From assembly GCA_964230645.1 (NCBI GenBank), contig CAXRHT010000002.1:768001-832000 (forward strand): 64,000 nucleotides of DNA. Reading direction: 5' to 3'. A program made the translations under genes and the position numbers. Below, in pieces: positions 9,253-19,394 of this stretch. The notes beneath the pieces were generated by a model that worked only from the letters and a program-made list of their open reading frames with translations, was not told the DNA's origin and made no database searches. The DNA is from Bdellovibrionales bacterium (GTDB taxonomy: Bacteria; Bdellovibrionota; Bdellovibrionia; Bdellovibrionales; JAGQZY01). Within the stretch, counting starts at the first letter, position 1, and each line of letters begins with the position of its first letter.

Positions 9253-9922
9253 CCGGTATCACCTTTCTTAAAACTTTCGGATTATAGTCACCCGCAAAAG
9301 GAGAGGCTTCGTGTTGGATTAAAAAGTCCTCAAAACGTCTTAATTGTTTCTTGGCCTTATTGATCGTCCGACCTAATTTGACTTCACCGACAGCTATGGT
9401 TTCACACGTGTCGCGACGGCCCACCAGCACATCAAGTTCGCCGATGGTTTGTGGAGAATAACTCTCATGATACTGTACACTTCCGGTGATAAAATAGAGA
9501 TTTTCTGGAAATTCTTGATAGAGATGGTGAATGGCCAAGGATTCTAAAACTTCTCCTTCTGATTGAAAATCAAAGCCCTGCTCATCGTAATTACTCATTA
9601 TGATGTCGAGGTCTCGTTTAAGTTGAGGGCTTTTTTGAATTTTCTCATAAAGCTCGTAGTTTTCGATGCCAAAGGAATAGTCTTTAAGATAGTGCCACAA
9701 GATTTTAGCATTCTGTCTTTCTATCGGATATTCGAAGGTAAACCCCATGGAAAGAGCGCCTTTACGACCCACATAAAATTTTTCACTTGGAATCTGAAAG
9801 AAAACCAGTCTTGGCTCTTTGCAGTTGTCGGGAAGGCTTAAGTCTTCACGAAGAGGTGTAAAGTAAGGGCCTGCATGCCCAAAGGAAACAAAGGTGAGAA
9901 TCCACGCCAAAACAACAACCAT
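9239..9922 (-). CDS. Exported protein with a PD-(D/E)xK nuclease-like C-terminal domain
   Basis: Signal-peptide-like MVVVLAWILTFVSFGHA; GEVLE ... GELDVLV ... VGEVKLG ... AKKQLRRF motif spacing. Confidence 0.6.
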   Translation of the reverse strand: MVVVLAWILTFVSFGHAGPYFTPLREDLSLPDNCKEPRLVFFQIPSEKFYVGRKGALSMGFTFEYPIERQNAKILWHYLKDYSFGIENYELYEKIQKSPQLKRDLDIIMSNYDEQGFDFQSEGEVLESLAIHHLYQEFPENLYFITGSVQYHESYSPQTIGELDVLVGRRDTCETIAVGEVKLGRTINKAKKQLRRFEDFLIQHEASPFAGDYNPKVLRKVIPVGAH

Positions 9923-10079
9923 AATAAACCCCCGTATTTTTTGTTTAAATCAAAATTCCCTTCCTTTGACAAGTTTTGATTTTGTTGGACTCAGTCGCAC
10001 CCGGACTAAGATGAATTTTTAGGCGAATTTACCAAAAAGGCCTTTCCTAAGTGATTGAATTTGCTAGAATACTCATCAG

Positions 10080-11432
10080 ATGCCTGAAAAATTTAAAACC
10101 CAAGCCCAAGGAGCCCACTACTTAGTCTTTCAAGGACTGCTGCTTTTGGCTTTTATGTTCCATCAATTTGAGGACTGGCGCGATCGCCCTTACGCTTTCT
10201 TTTCCCTAGCCTGCCTTTTGCTTTTTGTGCTTTTAAAAAAATACCGCCAGTTTGTTTTTCTTTTCTTTCTTGTCGTGGGCTCGGCCCGCTATATTTATCT
10301 TTTTCCAAACCTTGCCAATCACTCAAACCTCAATCTTTTTCTTTTTCTGGCTATTCTCCCCTATCAATGGACTCTAACTCGGGGAAAGACAGCTCCTAAA
10401 CTTGAAAACCTAATGAGTCTATTGCGCTCATTAATCTTTGTGCTCTACTTTTTCACCTTCTTTCACAAATTTAACTGGGACTTTCTTTTCCCGGGCACAA
10501 GTTGTGCCAGCAGTAAACTACAAGACTATATTGATCTTATCCCCCATTCTTGGACGAGCTTAAGATACTTTGCTTACAAATCAGGGCCTTGGTTTGGACT
10601 TATTATTGAGGGGATCATTCCACTGACTCTTCCTTTTAAGCAAACAAGAAGGTTTGCTCTCTTTTTTCTTATAGGTCTGCATTTTCTCCTAGCTCCTATG
10701 GGCTTTACCGACTTCTCAAGCCTCGCTATGGCCATGGCCTGGTGCTTTGTTGATGTTCAAAAATTAAAAACGGATCAGCTAGAACGACATTTAAGCCACT
10801 TGATTGGCTTTTGTTTATTTTTCGAATTGATCTTTGCTTTCTCTCGCTTTCCTAGTGGGCGGGAGTCCAATGAAATGCTCGAGGGCTTTCTTTTTGCTTT
10901 AGCCTACACCCCTTTTCTTCTCATTCACTTCTGGGGCCAGGTCGACCGCTCTTCATTGAAAATACCACCGAGCCCTTTTGGAAAAGCTTTTATTTTGATC
11001 GTTTTTCTTTTTGGTTTTAACAACTACCTAGGGCTAAGAACGGCCGGTAATTTTTCAATGTTTTCTAATCTTGTCACCGAAGGGGAGCGTGGCAATCACG
11101 TGCTTCTTGGCAATAATCCTTTTAAAATTTTTGGCTTTCAAGAGGATGTGGTGAAAATTTTGAAAGTGAACGCCCATGGCAGAGATGTTTATAAAAATAT
11201 GCCCATGAAAGGCCAACTTATTCCAAGAGTGGAGTTTTCTCGTATCCTTGATGTCTACCGCGAATGGGGCTACCAGCGGGTTTCTATGACAATCTTATAC
11301 GAAGGGGAAGTGAGACAAACCTCTTCTGCTGGCTTTGATGAAAATTTTGATTTGCCCTCTCCTTGGATCTACAAGAAACTTCTTAAATTTCGTGCGATTC
11401 AACCCAGCGGAAGACAATACTGCTATTGGTAA
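10080..11432 (+). CDS. Polytopic membrane protein, HTTM-like
   Basis: About 10 hydrophobic segments; ANH, YFFTFFHKFNWDF and FSMFSNL resemble HTTM/gamma-carboxylase-like membrane proteins. Confidence 0.55.
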   Translation: MPEKFKTQAQGAHYLVFQGLLLLAFMFHQFEDWRDRPYAFFSLACLLLFVLLKKYRQFVFLFFLVVGSARYIYLFPNLANHSNLNLFLFLAILPYQWTLTRGKTAPKLENLMSLLRSLIFVLYFFTFFHKFNWDFLFPGTSCASSKLQDYIDLIPHSWTSLRYFAYKSGPWFGLIIEGIIPLTLPFKQTRRFALFFLIGLHFLLAPMGFTDFSSLAMAMAWCFVDVQKLKTDQLERHLSHLIGFCLFFELIFAFSRFPSGRESNEMLEGFLFALAYTPFLLIHFWGQVDRSSLKIPPSPFGKAFILIVFLFGFNNYLGLRTAGNFSMFSNLVTEGERGNHVLLGNNPFKIFGFQEDVVKILKVNAHGRDVYKNMPMKGQLIPRVEFSRILDVYREWGYQRVSMTILYEGEVRQTSSAGFDENFDLPSPWIYKKLLKFRAIQPSGRQYCYW

Positions 11433-11452
11433 AGCATTACGATGCTAAAGGC

Positions 11453-12172
11453 TCAAAGGGATAGATCTGCTATTAGGGGCTTGTGATCAGAAAGTCTTTT
11501 CCAAACATCCCGCCTCGGTGACCAAAGCTTGCGAACCTGCATGCCATGGATATAAATACGATCAAGAGGAAGTATGGGAAGAGTGGCCGGATAAGTGTTA
11601 ACGGGTCTTGGGGTCTTTTGAAAATTTAACTCATGGTCACCAAAGACTCGGCGAATCTCTTTATCAAGCTTACGATTCCAATCATTAAAATCCCCACAAA
11701 AAATAAGAGGAATTTCAGAGGTTGAACCCTCACTCATAATGCGAGCTAAATTCTCCAATTGTCGATTTCTAGCCTTTTGGAACAAATCGAGATGAGTGGA
11801 ATAAAGTTGCAGCTTCTTTTCTCCGACCATAATTCGACAAGACAAAAGCCCTCTTTTGGCCATACGGGTCTCAGAAATATCGAGATTGTTTGAAGACTCG
11901 ATGGGGTATCGACTTATCACTGCGTTACCATGTCGTCCCTTGCGGGTTTTGGCATTAAATCCGTAGGCATGGTACTTTAACTCTTGAGTTGAAAAAATAT
12001 TGAGGGACGCTTCTTCTTCCTGGCTGACTAAGCTCAAATCAGGAAACTCCTGTAGAACGAGTATATCAGGCTCGAGCTTCCAAAGAGCTTGAGCCATTTC
12101 CTCTTGTACGTGGCGTCCAAGTACAAGACTGCGTCCTTTAAGCATATTGTAGGATACGATTCTAAGTTCCAA
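11453..12172 (-). CDS. Endonuclease/exonuclease/phosphatase (YbhP-like)
   Basis: SYN, LQE, GNAVISRYP, THL, GDFNDW, LDRIY and SDH motifs; directly downstream of cls. Confidence 0.9.
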   Translation of the reverse strand: MELRIVSYNMLKGRSLVLGRHVQEEMAQALWKLEPDILVLQEFPDLSLVSQEEEASLNIFSTQELKYHAYGFNAKTRKGRHGNAVISRYPIESSNNLDISETRMAKRGLLSCRIMVGEKKLQLYSTHLDLFQKARNRQLENLARIMSEGSTSEIPLIFCGDFNDWNRKLDKEIRRVFGDHELNFQKTPRPVNTYPATLPILPLDRIYIHGMQVRKLWSPRRDVWKRLSDHKPLIADLSL

Positions 12173-12173
12173 A

Positions 12174-13277
12174 TTAAAGCCTCTTTTCTAGATAAACCAC
12201 AAGACCACTGATGATTCGTTGCCAAAAACTCATCTTGATGTCGTCAATTTCCACAGCTCTTGAATTATTCATCTCAGCTTCCACTTTCTCTATAATGACA
12301 TCCTTTGAGATCTTATCTTGTATATAATAGTCCACCTCTAAATTAGTAAAAAGGCTGCGGTGATCCAAATTGCTACTTCCCACAATAACTCGATCGTCGA
12401 TCACTGAAACCTTCATATGAAGAAAGTTTTTCCTGTATTCATGGATCTTCACTCCCCTTTTTAAAAAAATGGGATAGTAATAGCGGGCGACCCATTTCAT
12501 AAAGGGAATATCCACTTTTTCAGGAAGCAGTAAGCGCACATCCACTTTTCTGTTGGCTGCGGTTAGAAGATGCTTGATTAGAAAAACCGACGGTAGGAAG
12601 TAAGGACTTACAAACCAAAGTCTTTTTTCAGCGCCCTTTATAGCTTTATAAAGCTTATTGATATTTTTTCTCCTGACATTGAAATTAAAATTCCAACGCA
12701 AGAGTTCTGTGTGTGGCATGTCGTGTGGCTTTTTTTTCTTGAATGGTACCAGTGATTGGCTATTAAGATCGCGTGATCTCGACCACGTGTAATCAAAATA
12801 CCATTGCAACTCTCTTGTGGCGTATTGAGTTGCCAGTCCAAGCTCAGTTTGCTTAAGGGAGGTTTCTGTAAAATTGATACTTCCCAAAAAGGCCCGCTCC
12901 TGATCAATCACAACCAGTTTCTTGTGATCTCTTCGGTTGATTTTTGACATCAGCTTTAATCCATAACGAGACCAGTTTCTGGGATTGAGAAACCAGTAAT
13001 GCGGGATGGGGTTAAATACCCTGACCTCAAAATTGGGGGTTGAAACCTGAGGCTGTACACTTTGAATCCATCGCTTAGCGCCAAAACCATCGACCAAGAG
13101 CCGGCACTGCACCCCCCTTCTGGCTGCGTTTTGAAGCTCTTCGATCAATTCATTTCCCACCGCATCGGGACTTAATATATAAACATTCACATCCACCTGG
13201 TGCCGAGCCCTTCGAATGGCCTCAAAAACATGATCAAAGTATTTTCTAGAATCCAAAAAGACTGTCTCAGAGTTCAT
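12174..13277 (-). CDS. clsB: Cardiolipin synthase (ClsB-like, phospholipase D family)
   Basis: Two HKD motifs (HKKLVVID..GSIN, HMKVSVID..GSSN); no N-terminal TM; paired with a YbhP-like EEP gene; start could be 13295. Confidence 0.8.
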   Translation of the reverse strand: MNSETVFLDSRKYFDHVFEAIRRARHQVDVNVYILSPDAVGNELIEELQNAARRGVQCRLLVDGFGAKRWIQSVQPQVSTPNFEVRVFNPIPHYWFLNPRNWSRYGLKLMSKINRRDHKKLVVIDQERAFLGSINFTETSLKQTELGLATQYATRELQWYFDYTWSRSRDLNSQSLVPFKKKKPHDMPHTELLRWNFNFNVRRKNINKLYKAIKGAEKRLWFVSPYFLPSVFLIKHLLTAANRKVDVRLLLPEKVDIPFMKWVARYYYPIFLKRGVKIHEYRKNFLHMKVSVIDDRVIVGSSNLDHRSLFTNLEVDYYIQDKISKDVIIEKVEAEMNNSRAVEIDDIKMSFWQRIISGLVVYLEKRL

Positions 13278-13312
13278 AGACACCCGCACCACCAAGAGAT
13301 AAGACTAATGAG

Positions 13313-13756
13313 ATGAGTGAAGGTGAAACTATCGACAAAACATTTTTCCAATGGATCGAACAATTCATTACGATTTTTCCTACAGAGTTTCTTATCACTC
13401 TTTCCTTTCTGTCTTTATTAACTCTTCTCCTTACTCCGCTTTACTTGAAACAGCTTCCTCAAGATTACTTTATACGTCTTGAAAGTCAAAGCTCTCCCTT
13501 TTTCCTGCGCTGGACAAGAAATATTATAGGCGTCCTTTTTATCTTCGCCGGACTCTTAATGCTTGTCCTCCCAGGGCAAGGTTTATTGACCTTGTTAATT
13601 GGGCTTTGCCTTATTGAGTCCCCGCTGAGAAAGGGGCTTATCAAAAAACTCACTCAGTCCGAGAGTTTTCGAGGTAAAATCAATAAACTAAGGCGCTCAC
13701 TAGGTTCTTCGCCGTTTCTCTGGCCCGAGGACGTCAAAAAAACTTTGGACCCTTGA
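13313..13756 (+). CDS. Small membrane protein (PGPGW-like)
   Basis: LPQDYF ... GLLMLVLPGQGLLTLLIGL pattern. Confidence 0.7.
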   Translation: MSEGETIDKTFFQWIEQFITIFPTEFLITLSFLSLLTLLLTPLYLKQLPQDYFIRLESQSSPFFLRWTRNIIGVLFIFAGLLMLVLPGQGLLTLLIGLCLIESPLRKGLIKKLTQSESFRGKINKLRRSLGSSPFLWPEDVKKTLDP

Positions 13757-13880
13757 TTCGACTCAATGCCCTCTCAACCTAAGATTTGTTGAATAGTTAA
13801 AATTTGCTAAACAGGCAATTGATGAATTTATAGGCCCTTATTGCCTAAACTAAGCGTTGAACTCAATCAAGGAGATGTCA

Positions 13881-14519
13881 ATGCAACAAATTCTTGTGAG
13901 CCTCTTAGCTATGATTCTAACCTACCCAATATTTGCTAAAAGCACATCGAAACTGCAAAAAGCCTATGATGGTGAAACCATCACGGTGTCAGGGAAAGTC
14001 ACCTCTGTTAACGCCGATGCCTTTCGCCTGAAAACGAAGAACAAGAGTATCATCGTCGAGATGGACGACTGGGACGCTGATGCCGATGGTTTTAAATTGA
14101 AAAAAGGCGACCGAGTGGTCGTACGAGGTGCGGCTGATAAGGATCTTTTTCAAAAAAACCGATTGGAAGCTGGCAGTGTCTACGTTGAAAACCTAAACTC
14201 TTATTTTTACGCCAGCGCCGCAGATGAGGAAGAGGCTCCCGTCCTACTGAGCACTAGTATCTACAACACTCAAAAACTTCCGGAGGGCGCCTATGTGGAC
14301 CTCATCGGTAGAGTCGACTCAGTTGTAGGCAGGGCTTTTACAATCGACACGGGAGTTCGGGAGGTAAACGTCAACACTGGTGACTTGATTTTTAACCCTC
14401 TCGACGACAAAGGCCAGGTGCAAGTGGATGTTGGCGATCAAGTTCGCCTCGGAGGGCTTGTCGATGATGGCTACTTCAATAAGCGCTCAATCAAAGCGTC
14501 CTATATTCAAGAATTGTAA
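13881..14519 (+). CDS. Exported protein with tandem OB-fold-like repeats
   Basis: Signal peptide; two similar units (ITVSGKV..F.L...GDRVVVRG / VDLIGRV..FTI...GDQVRLGG); RBS AAGGAG before ATG 13881. Confidence 0.65.
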   Translation: MQQILVSLLAMILTYPIFAKSTSKLQKAYDGETITVSGKVTSVNADAFRLKTKNKSIIVEMDDWDADADGFKLKKGDRVVVRGAADKDLFQKNRLEAGSVYVENLNSYFYASAADEEEAPVLLSTSIYNTQKLPEGAYVDLIGRVDSVVGRAFTIDTGVREVNVNTGDLIFNPLDDKGQVQVDVGDQVRLGGLVDDGYFNKRSIKASYIQEL

Positions 14520-14546
14520 AACATAAAAAAATGAAAGGATCTTAAA

Positions 14547-15149
14547 ATGAACGAAAAGACAATCAACCCAAATAGGTTTCAAATGGGACGCTCAATTCGT
14601 CAAAAATTTGAAGATCGACCGGGATGGCTTTACTTCATTGGAGCCACGCATATCCTTGTGGGAACTGTCGCACTGCTCATGCCTTTTGTCGCCTCTTTGG
14701 CAGTGGAAATCACCATAGGAGTTTTACTAACTATCTCCGGTTGTTTTTACGCTTACAAAACCATTATGAGCCAAAGAAAAACCCAAGCGGCCACAAATTT
14801 TCTCCTCTGTCTCTTCTCGTTTGGAATTGGACTAAGTTTCCTGGCCGTCAGTGGTTTGGGTCGATTAAGTCTAACGACAGTTGCAGCTGTTCTCTTTCTA
14901 GTTATCGGTGGAGCGCGCTTGGCTGAAACATTTAGCTCGGATCCCGTTGTCGGTAGAGGTTGGCTCGTGCTGTCCGCCGTAATGAATTTCGCCCTTGGAG
15001 GGCTTATTCTTTTTGGTCTCCCAGGAAGTGCCTTCTGGATGCTGGGAATTCTCCTTGGTGTGGACTTCCTTTTTATTGGATTTCATATGGTAGGCCTTGG
15101 CCTTGAAGTCAGTCGGACGAGCCCGCAAACGGCTCCATCGGCGGCCTAG
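14547..15149 (+). CDS. HdeD/DUF308 family membrane protein
   Basis: Six Gly-rich TM helices; GRGWLVLS and WMLGILLGVDFLFIG. Confidence 0.85.
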   Translation: MNEKTINPNRFQMGRSIRQKFEDRPGWLYFIGATHILVGTVALLMPFVASLAVEITIGVLLTISGCFYAYKTIMSQRKTQAATNFLLCLFSFGIGLSFLAVSGLGRLSLTTVAAVLFLVIGGARLAETFSSDPVVGRGWLVLSAVMNFALGGLILFGLPGSAFWMLGILLGVDFLFIGFHMVGLGLEVSRTSPQTAPSAA

Positions 15150-15181
15150 AGTATCTCTTATTAGATCGACAATGCCTCTGA

Positions 15182-17236
15182 TTAAAGGGAGTTGTCGATC
15201 TTTTGTTTTTCCATATTTTGCGCCAATTGCGATTTTAGTTTTTCAAGCAAATCCGTTTTTGAATCCTCACTCACTGGGCGATACCCTGAAGGATAATGCT
15301 CGTAGAACTGAGGATCAATCTCGGAGAGAAAACGAGAGGGTAAAACTTCTCGCAACTTGCCATGCCTCTTACGAAGTCTCGTATGAGTCATAATCAAATG
15401 TTCCTTAGCTCTGGTCACACCCACATAAAAAAGTCGGCGCTCTTCAGCAATATCAGAACCAAGACGTTGATGGGGAATTAAATCCTCCTCCACTCCAATC
15501 ACAAAGACGATAGGAAATTCAAGACCCTTAGCCGCATGCATAGTCATTAGTTGCACTTCATCTTTTTGCCCTGATTCAAGCTCGCTCTCATACTCCCTTA
15601 GGAGCATCATATCGATAAAATCTTTAAGACCCGACTTTTTTTCTTTTTTCTTTTGCATGAAGTTATTAAAAACGCGCGCAAAAATTTCCACCGAGTTCCA
15701 TCGTTTTTTAAGGGCTTCGTCATTTTTACAAAACTTAGATAAATATTTCCTGTAGCCAATGTCGTGAAGGAAACGCACCAAAAAGCGCTCCCAATCCATA
15801 CTTTCATTGGTTAAAAAGGGAGCCCTGAGTTTTTCCAGGTCTTCAAGAAAACTAGCAATCCCTGTTCTCCCTCCTTGATTGATAAAATCGTAGTGTCTGG
15901 AAAGTTTAAGAGCTTGCAGAAAACTCATCTCCTCTTTTCTCGAGAGCATATACTCTTCGACCTTTTTTATGGTCTCATCACCCACACCACGATTGGGAAC
16001 GTTTACCACCCGTCTTAAACTCACCTCTTTGGCCATAAACACACAGACTAGGTAAGCCAGAATATCTTTCACCTCTTTTCTATCGAAAAAAGCGGTTCCC
16101 CCAGAAATCTTATAGGGAATCTGCATCTGTCTAAGCTCGGTTTCTAAGAACCCCCCTTGGCCGTTCGAGCGATAAAGAACAGCCATGTCCTTAAACGCCA
16201 CACCCTCCCTGTGATAGTTGTCAATGAGGCGCGAGACTTGCTGAATCTCCTCTTCGTCGTTCTCATATACAAACACCTCTGGTACCGCTTGCCTGTCCCA
16301 TTGGGATTGGGCTTTCAATACTTTACCGTGGCGATCTTTGTTTTTTGCGATCACGTCATTGGCAAGATCAAGAATCGGTTTTGATGAGCGATAGTTTCTA
16401 TTCAGCTGAATCACCTCACAGTTGGGAAACATTTTGGGAAACTCTAGAATGTTTTTAACCCGTGCGCCCCTCCAACCGTAAATGGCCTGATCGTCATCAC
16501 CGACAACAACAAGGTTATGAGTTTGGTTGACCAACATTTTTAAAAGCTTCATTTGAGTTTCATTAGTGTCTTGAAACTCATCGACCATAAAATACTGAAA
16601 TAGATTTTGGACTTTAGCTAACACCTCTGGGTGTCTTTCAAAAAGCTCAATAGGAAGAGAAAGGAGGTCTTCAAAGTCGACCACTCCCAGTGCTCTTTTG
16701 CGGCTTTCGTATTTTGGCAGCAACACTTTGGCCACATCCAAATAGTCTTCTTGTTCAATGACTGTGGCATGGGGATTGACCTTATAGGTCTGCATAATAT
16801 CCAAGAGCTTATCGACTTGGAAAGAATTTTTCCCAGTATTGGCCACCTTAGTGAGCAGCTCTCTCACAATCCCCTGACAATCCGAAGTGTCAGCCACATG
16901 AAAGCGAGGATTCAGATCAATACGACGCCAGTACTTTCTCAAAAGCTGTAAACCGAAGGAATGAAAGGTTCCAGCCCAAAGGGCTTTACCTAAATTACCT
17001 CGACCAATCTGATCGCGAACTCGGTGCTTCAGCTCCTTAGCGGATTTGTTGGTAAAGGTTAAAACGCAGATACCGGGCGGATTTTCAGGCCTTTCTCCAA
17101 GGAGTCTTGCCACCCTTGAAACCAACACTCGAGTTTTTCCGGAACCCGCTCCTGCTAAGATTAGCAAAGGACCTTCGTTATGGGCGACAGCCTGGCGTTG
17201 TTCGGGATTTAAATTTTCTAAATCAAATGAGCTCAT
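15182..17236 (-). CDS. UvrD/Rep/PcrA family SF1A DNA helicase
   Basis: LNPEQ, AGAGSGKT, TFTNK, TFHS, VDEFQDTN, VGDDDQAIYGWRGA, NYRS, HAAKGLEF and EERRLFYVGVTRA. Confidence 0.96.
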   Translation of the reverse strand: MSSFDLENLNPEQRQAVAHNEGPLLILAGAGSGKTRVLVSRVARLLGERPENPPGICVLTFTNKSAKELKHRVRDQIGRGNLGKALWAGTFHSFGLQLLRKYWRRIDLNPRFHVADTSDCQGIVRELLTKVANTGKNSFQVDKLLDIMQTYKVNPHATVIEQEDYLDVAKVLLPKYESRKRALGVVDFEDLLSLPIELFERHPEVLAKVQNLFQYFMVDEFQDTNETQMKLLKMLVNQTHNLVVVGDDDQAIYGWRGARVKNILEFPKMFPNCEVIQLNRNYRSSKPILDLANDVIAKNKDRHGKVLKAQSQWDRQAVPEVFVYENDEEEIQQVSRLIDNYHREGVAFKDMAVLYRSNGQGGFLETELRQMQIPYKISGGTAFFDRKEVKDILAYLVCVFMAKEVSLRRVVNVPNRGVGDETIKKVEEYMLSRKEEMSFLQALKLSRHYDFINQGGRTGIASFLEDLEKLRAPFLTNESMDWERFLVRFLHDIGYRKYLSKFCKNDEALKKRWNSVEIFARVFNNFMQKKKEKKSGLKDFIDMMLLREYESELESGQKDEVQLMTMHAAKGLEFPIVFVIGVEEDLIPHQRLGSDIAEERRLFYVGVTRAKEHLIMTHTRLRKRHGKLREVLPSRFLSEIDPQFYEHYPSGYRPVSEDSKTDLLEKLKSQLAQNMEKQKIDNSL

Positions 17237-17266
17237 AAATTAATACCGGACTAAATTGCGATGTTA

Positions 17267-18049
17267 TTAGAAAATGTCTAAGACCACTTTAACAATCAGA
17301 AAAGTGAGTAGAAAAGCCAATAATAGCGATTTGATTTTAAAAGGCAATTTGTTTTGGTGAGGTCGAAAGAAATGGCTAAAAAAGCCAGCACAAAGGAAAA
17401 CGCCCAAAGCAATGTCCCAGCGTATCAAGCCCCACTGGTTCCATTTGACAACATGGCCTGAGAAAATAAAGGTCAGTGACGCAGCCAAAGTGGTAAACAT
17501 CATATTGGCATTGGCCGTGGGCACAAGCTGATGAGGAAAAACGAGGCGTAAGAAAATCATCACAGGTGACAAGATCACACCAGCTCCCACGCCAGCAAAA
17601 CCTGAGGTCAAACCAGCTAGAGCTCCCCCACCACCAGCAAGAATTTTTTCACGCACGCCGAAATCTTTTATGGGTCGATATTCTTTTTTAGAAAAGCTTG
17701 TCAGAAAAGTTTTAAGCGCTACTAGAATTAACAGAAGGACGAGGACTGTTAAGATCAAATCGCCGTCCGCTTTTTGAGAAAGACGGGCTGCGATCACAGC
17801 AAAAATGGCGGAAAAAGGTCCCATAAGCTTTACCACGGGCCAATTGACGACCTTCATTTTTGAAAATTTGTAGGTGTTTTCAGTAACCACAAATACAATG
17901 GTTAGAAGACTTGTTGCAACTGCCTCATGAACACTGAGGCCAAACAATGTGGGTAGTAAGGGGACCAGGAGAATTCCTCCACCGAGTCCAATAAATACAC
18001 TAACTAAGGAAACGCACAATCCCATGAGCGGGATCGTTAAAAAGATCAT
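17267..18049 (-). CDS. TauE/SafE sulfite exporter family protein
   Basis: GLGGGILLVP, AVATSL and second-repeat GFAGVGAGVILSP; multiple TM helices. Confidence 0.88.
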   Translation of the reverse strand: MIFLTIPLMGLCVSLVSVFIGLGGGILLVPLLPTLFGLSVHEAVATSLLTIVFVVTENTYKFSKMKVVNWPVVKLMGPFSAIFAVIAARLSQKADGDLILTVLVLLLILVALKTFLTSFSKKEYRPIKDFGVREKILAGGGGALAGLTSGFAGVGAGVILSPVMIFLRLVFPHQLVPTANANMMFTTLAASLTFIFSGHVVKWNQWGLIRWDIALGVFLCAGFFSHFFRPHQNKLPFKIKSLLLAFLLTFLIVKVVLDIF

Positions 18050-18465
18050 GGCTCGCGACGATGCATAAGGGTCTTCATACCCTCTTCAAAGCAAACTTCG
18101 ATTTTCCGGTTGTGAGACTCTGTGATCACTCCAATTCCGAAAGTGGGATGATCGATCACAGTGTCTGCTCGGTAAGATCCACGAATGGAGTAAACCTCAG
18201 GGGGAAGGTCAGAATATTTTTCCTGTAATTCCTTCCAAGTCTCTTCATGCTTTGAAGCCGACTTTGTCTTGCGGGTTTTCTTCTTCGTTTTCTTCTTTGC
18301 AGCCATTTGACTTCCTATTTTGTATTTCTTCTTTGATCCGCAAACCTCACACTCAAGTTTGGCCTCCGTCTCAGACAGGTGAGCCAGTACCTTATGGTAT
18401 CGTTCGGCATCACATTTATTACATGGATAGTAAAAGTTCTTTGCAACAGCGGGGAGTTTTTCCAT
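18046..18465 (-). CDS. Zn-ribbon protein with a C-terminal Tudor/SH3-like domain
   Basis: CNKC ... CEVC; Lys-rich linker; IDHPTFGIGVI ... KIEVCFEEGMKTL. Confidence 0.7.
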   Translation of the reverse strand: MEKLPAVAKNFYYPCNKCDAERYHKVLAHLSETEAKLECEVCGSKKKYKIGSQMAAKKKTKKKTRKTKSASKHEETWKELQEKYSDLPPEVYSIRGSYRADTVIDHPTFGIGVITESHNRKIEVCFEEGMKTLMHRREP

Positions 18466-18521
18466 TCACGTAGTGTAGCAGCTCTCAGGGCTTCTCGCTA
18501 AGGACTATCCCTTTCGACGCA

Positions 18522-19394
18522 TCACTTCACGGGCTGAAAGAGGTTCAGAGGCGCACCCACGTCTTTGGCCAAAATTTCCTGAGAATTGAGAAAGAAGGGA
18601 CCTTTTCCACTTTCAAGGGAGGTCTGTAGATCAATAAGGCTCTGATCCTCTTTCGGTTTAATCGTGCGGCCAGAGGATTTGAAGTTCTGATCGAATTGCT
18701 CCAAAGGCTCTTTAGAAAAGAAATGAGGCCACATTTGTGGATTGACCTTCACTCGGTAAGTCAGAGTGCGGGCATAAGAGTGTAGAGGTGTATAGGCCGT
18801 TAGAATTTGAAAGGGTCCATAATAAGAGTGCAGCTTGATGGCAGCATTGCCCCACTGTGTGAATCCACAGCAGATATTGACGTTGGCGTACCAAAGACCA
18901 AAGGCTTTAGAGAGAAAGCCTAAACCATAATAGCCTTGCCCTTTTGGAAGTAAAGCGTTCACAGAACAAAGGTTGTGGGCCACCCACTCCCCCTCCCGAG
19001 ACATTGTTGGAATAATGATAAAAAGACTGAGGGGCGTCCACTCATGGGTGTCTTTAAGATTCATTTGTTTGCGAATTTCGGGATCAAGAGACTTTGTTTT
19101 AATAGCGTACCCCGCCACAAAACCCGGAGTTACAGCACAATCAAAGAAGACCCACCTGGGCATTGCCATATTCGAAGGGCCGAAGGCTTGCGCTTCTAGC
19201 TGTAAAATCTGATTCCCAAAACCCACCTCATCCATTTCCAGTGGATTGATATAAACAGGCTTTTCACCTTCAAACCAATCCAGACTTCCATGCAAACTCC
19301 CCGGGTCTTTGATTCGATTCTCACTTCGAACAAACACGTAGGGGCGAATATCTGGGTTTTTTAACCAATCAAGGCGAGGATTATCTTTTAGCAT
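18522..19394 (-). CDS. Hypothetical protein, possibly a divergent GNAT fold
   Basis: 290 aa ORF overlapping the LOG stop; GYYGLGFLSK and QWGNAAIKLHSYYG loosely match GNAT motifs A and B. Confidence 0.55.
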   Translation of the reverse strand: MLKDNPRLDWLKNPDIRPYVFVRSENRIKDPGSLHGSLDWFEGEKPVYINPLEMDEVGFGNQILQLEAQAFGPSNMAMPRWVFFDCAVTPGFVAGYAIKTKSLDPEIRKQMNLKDTHEWTPLSLFIIIPTMSREGEWVAHNLCSVNALLPKGQGYYGLGFLSKAFGLWYANVNICCGFTQWGNAAIKLHSYYGPFQILTAYTPLHSYARTLTYRVKVNPQMWPHFFSKEPLEQFDQNFKSSGRTIKPKEDQSLIDLQTSLESGKGPFFLNSQEILAKDVGAPLNLFQPVK

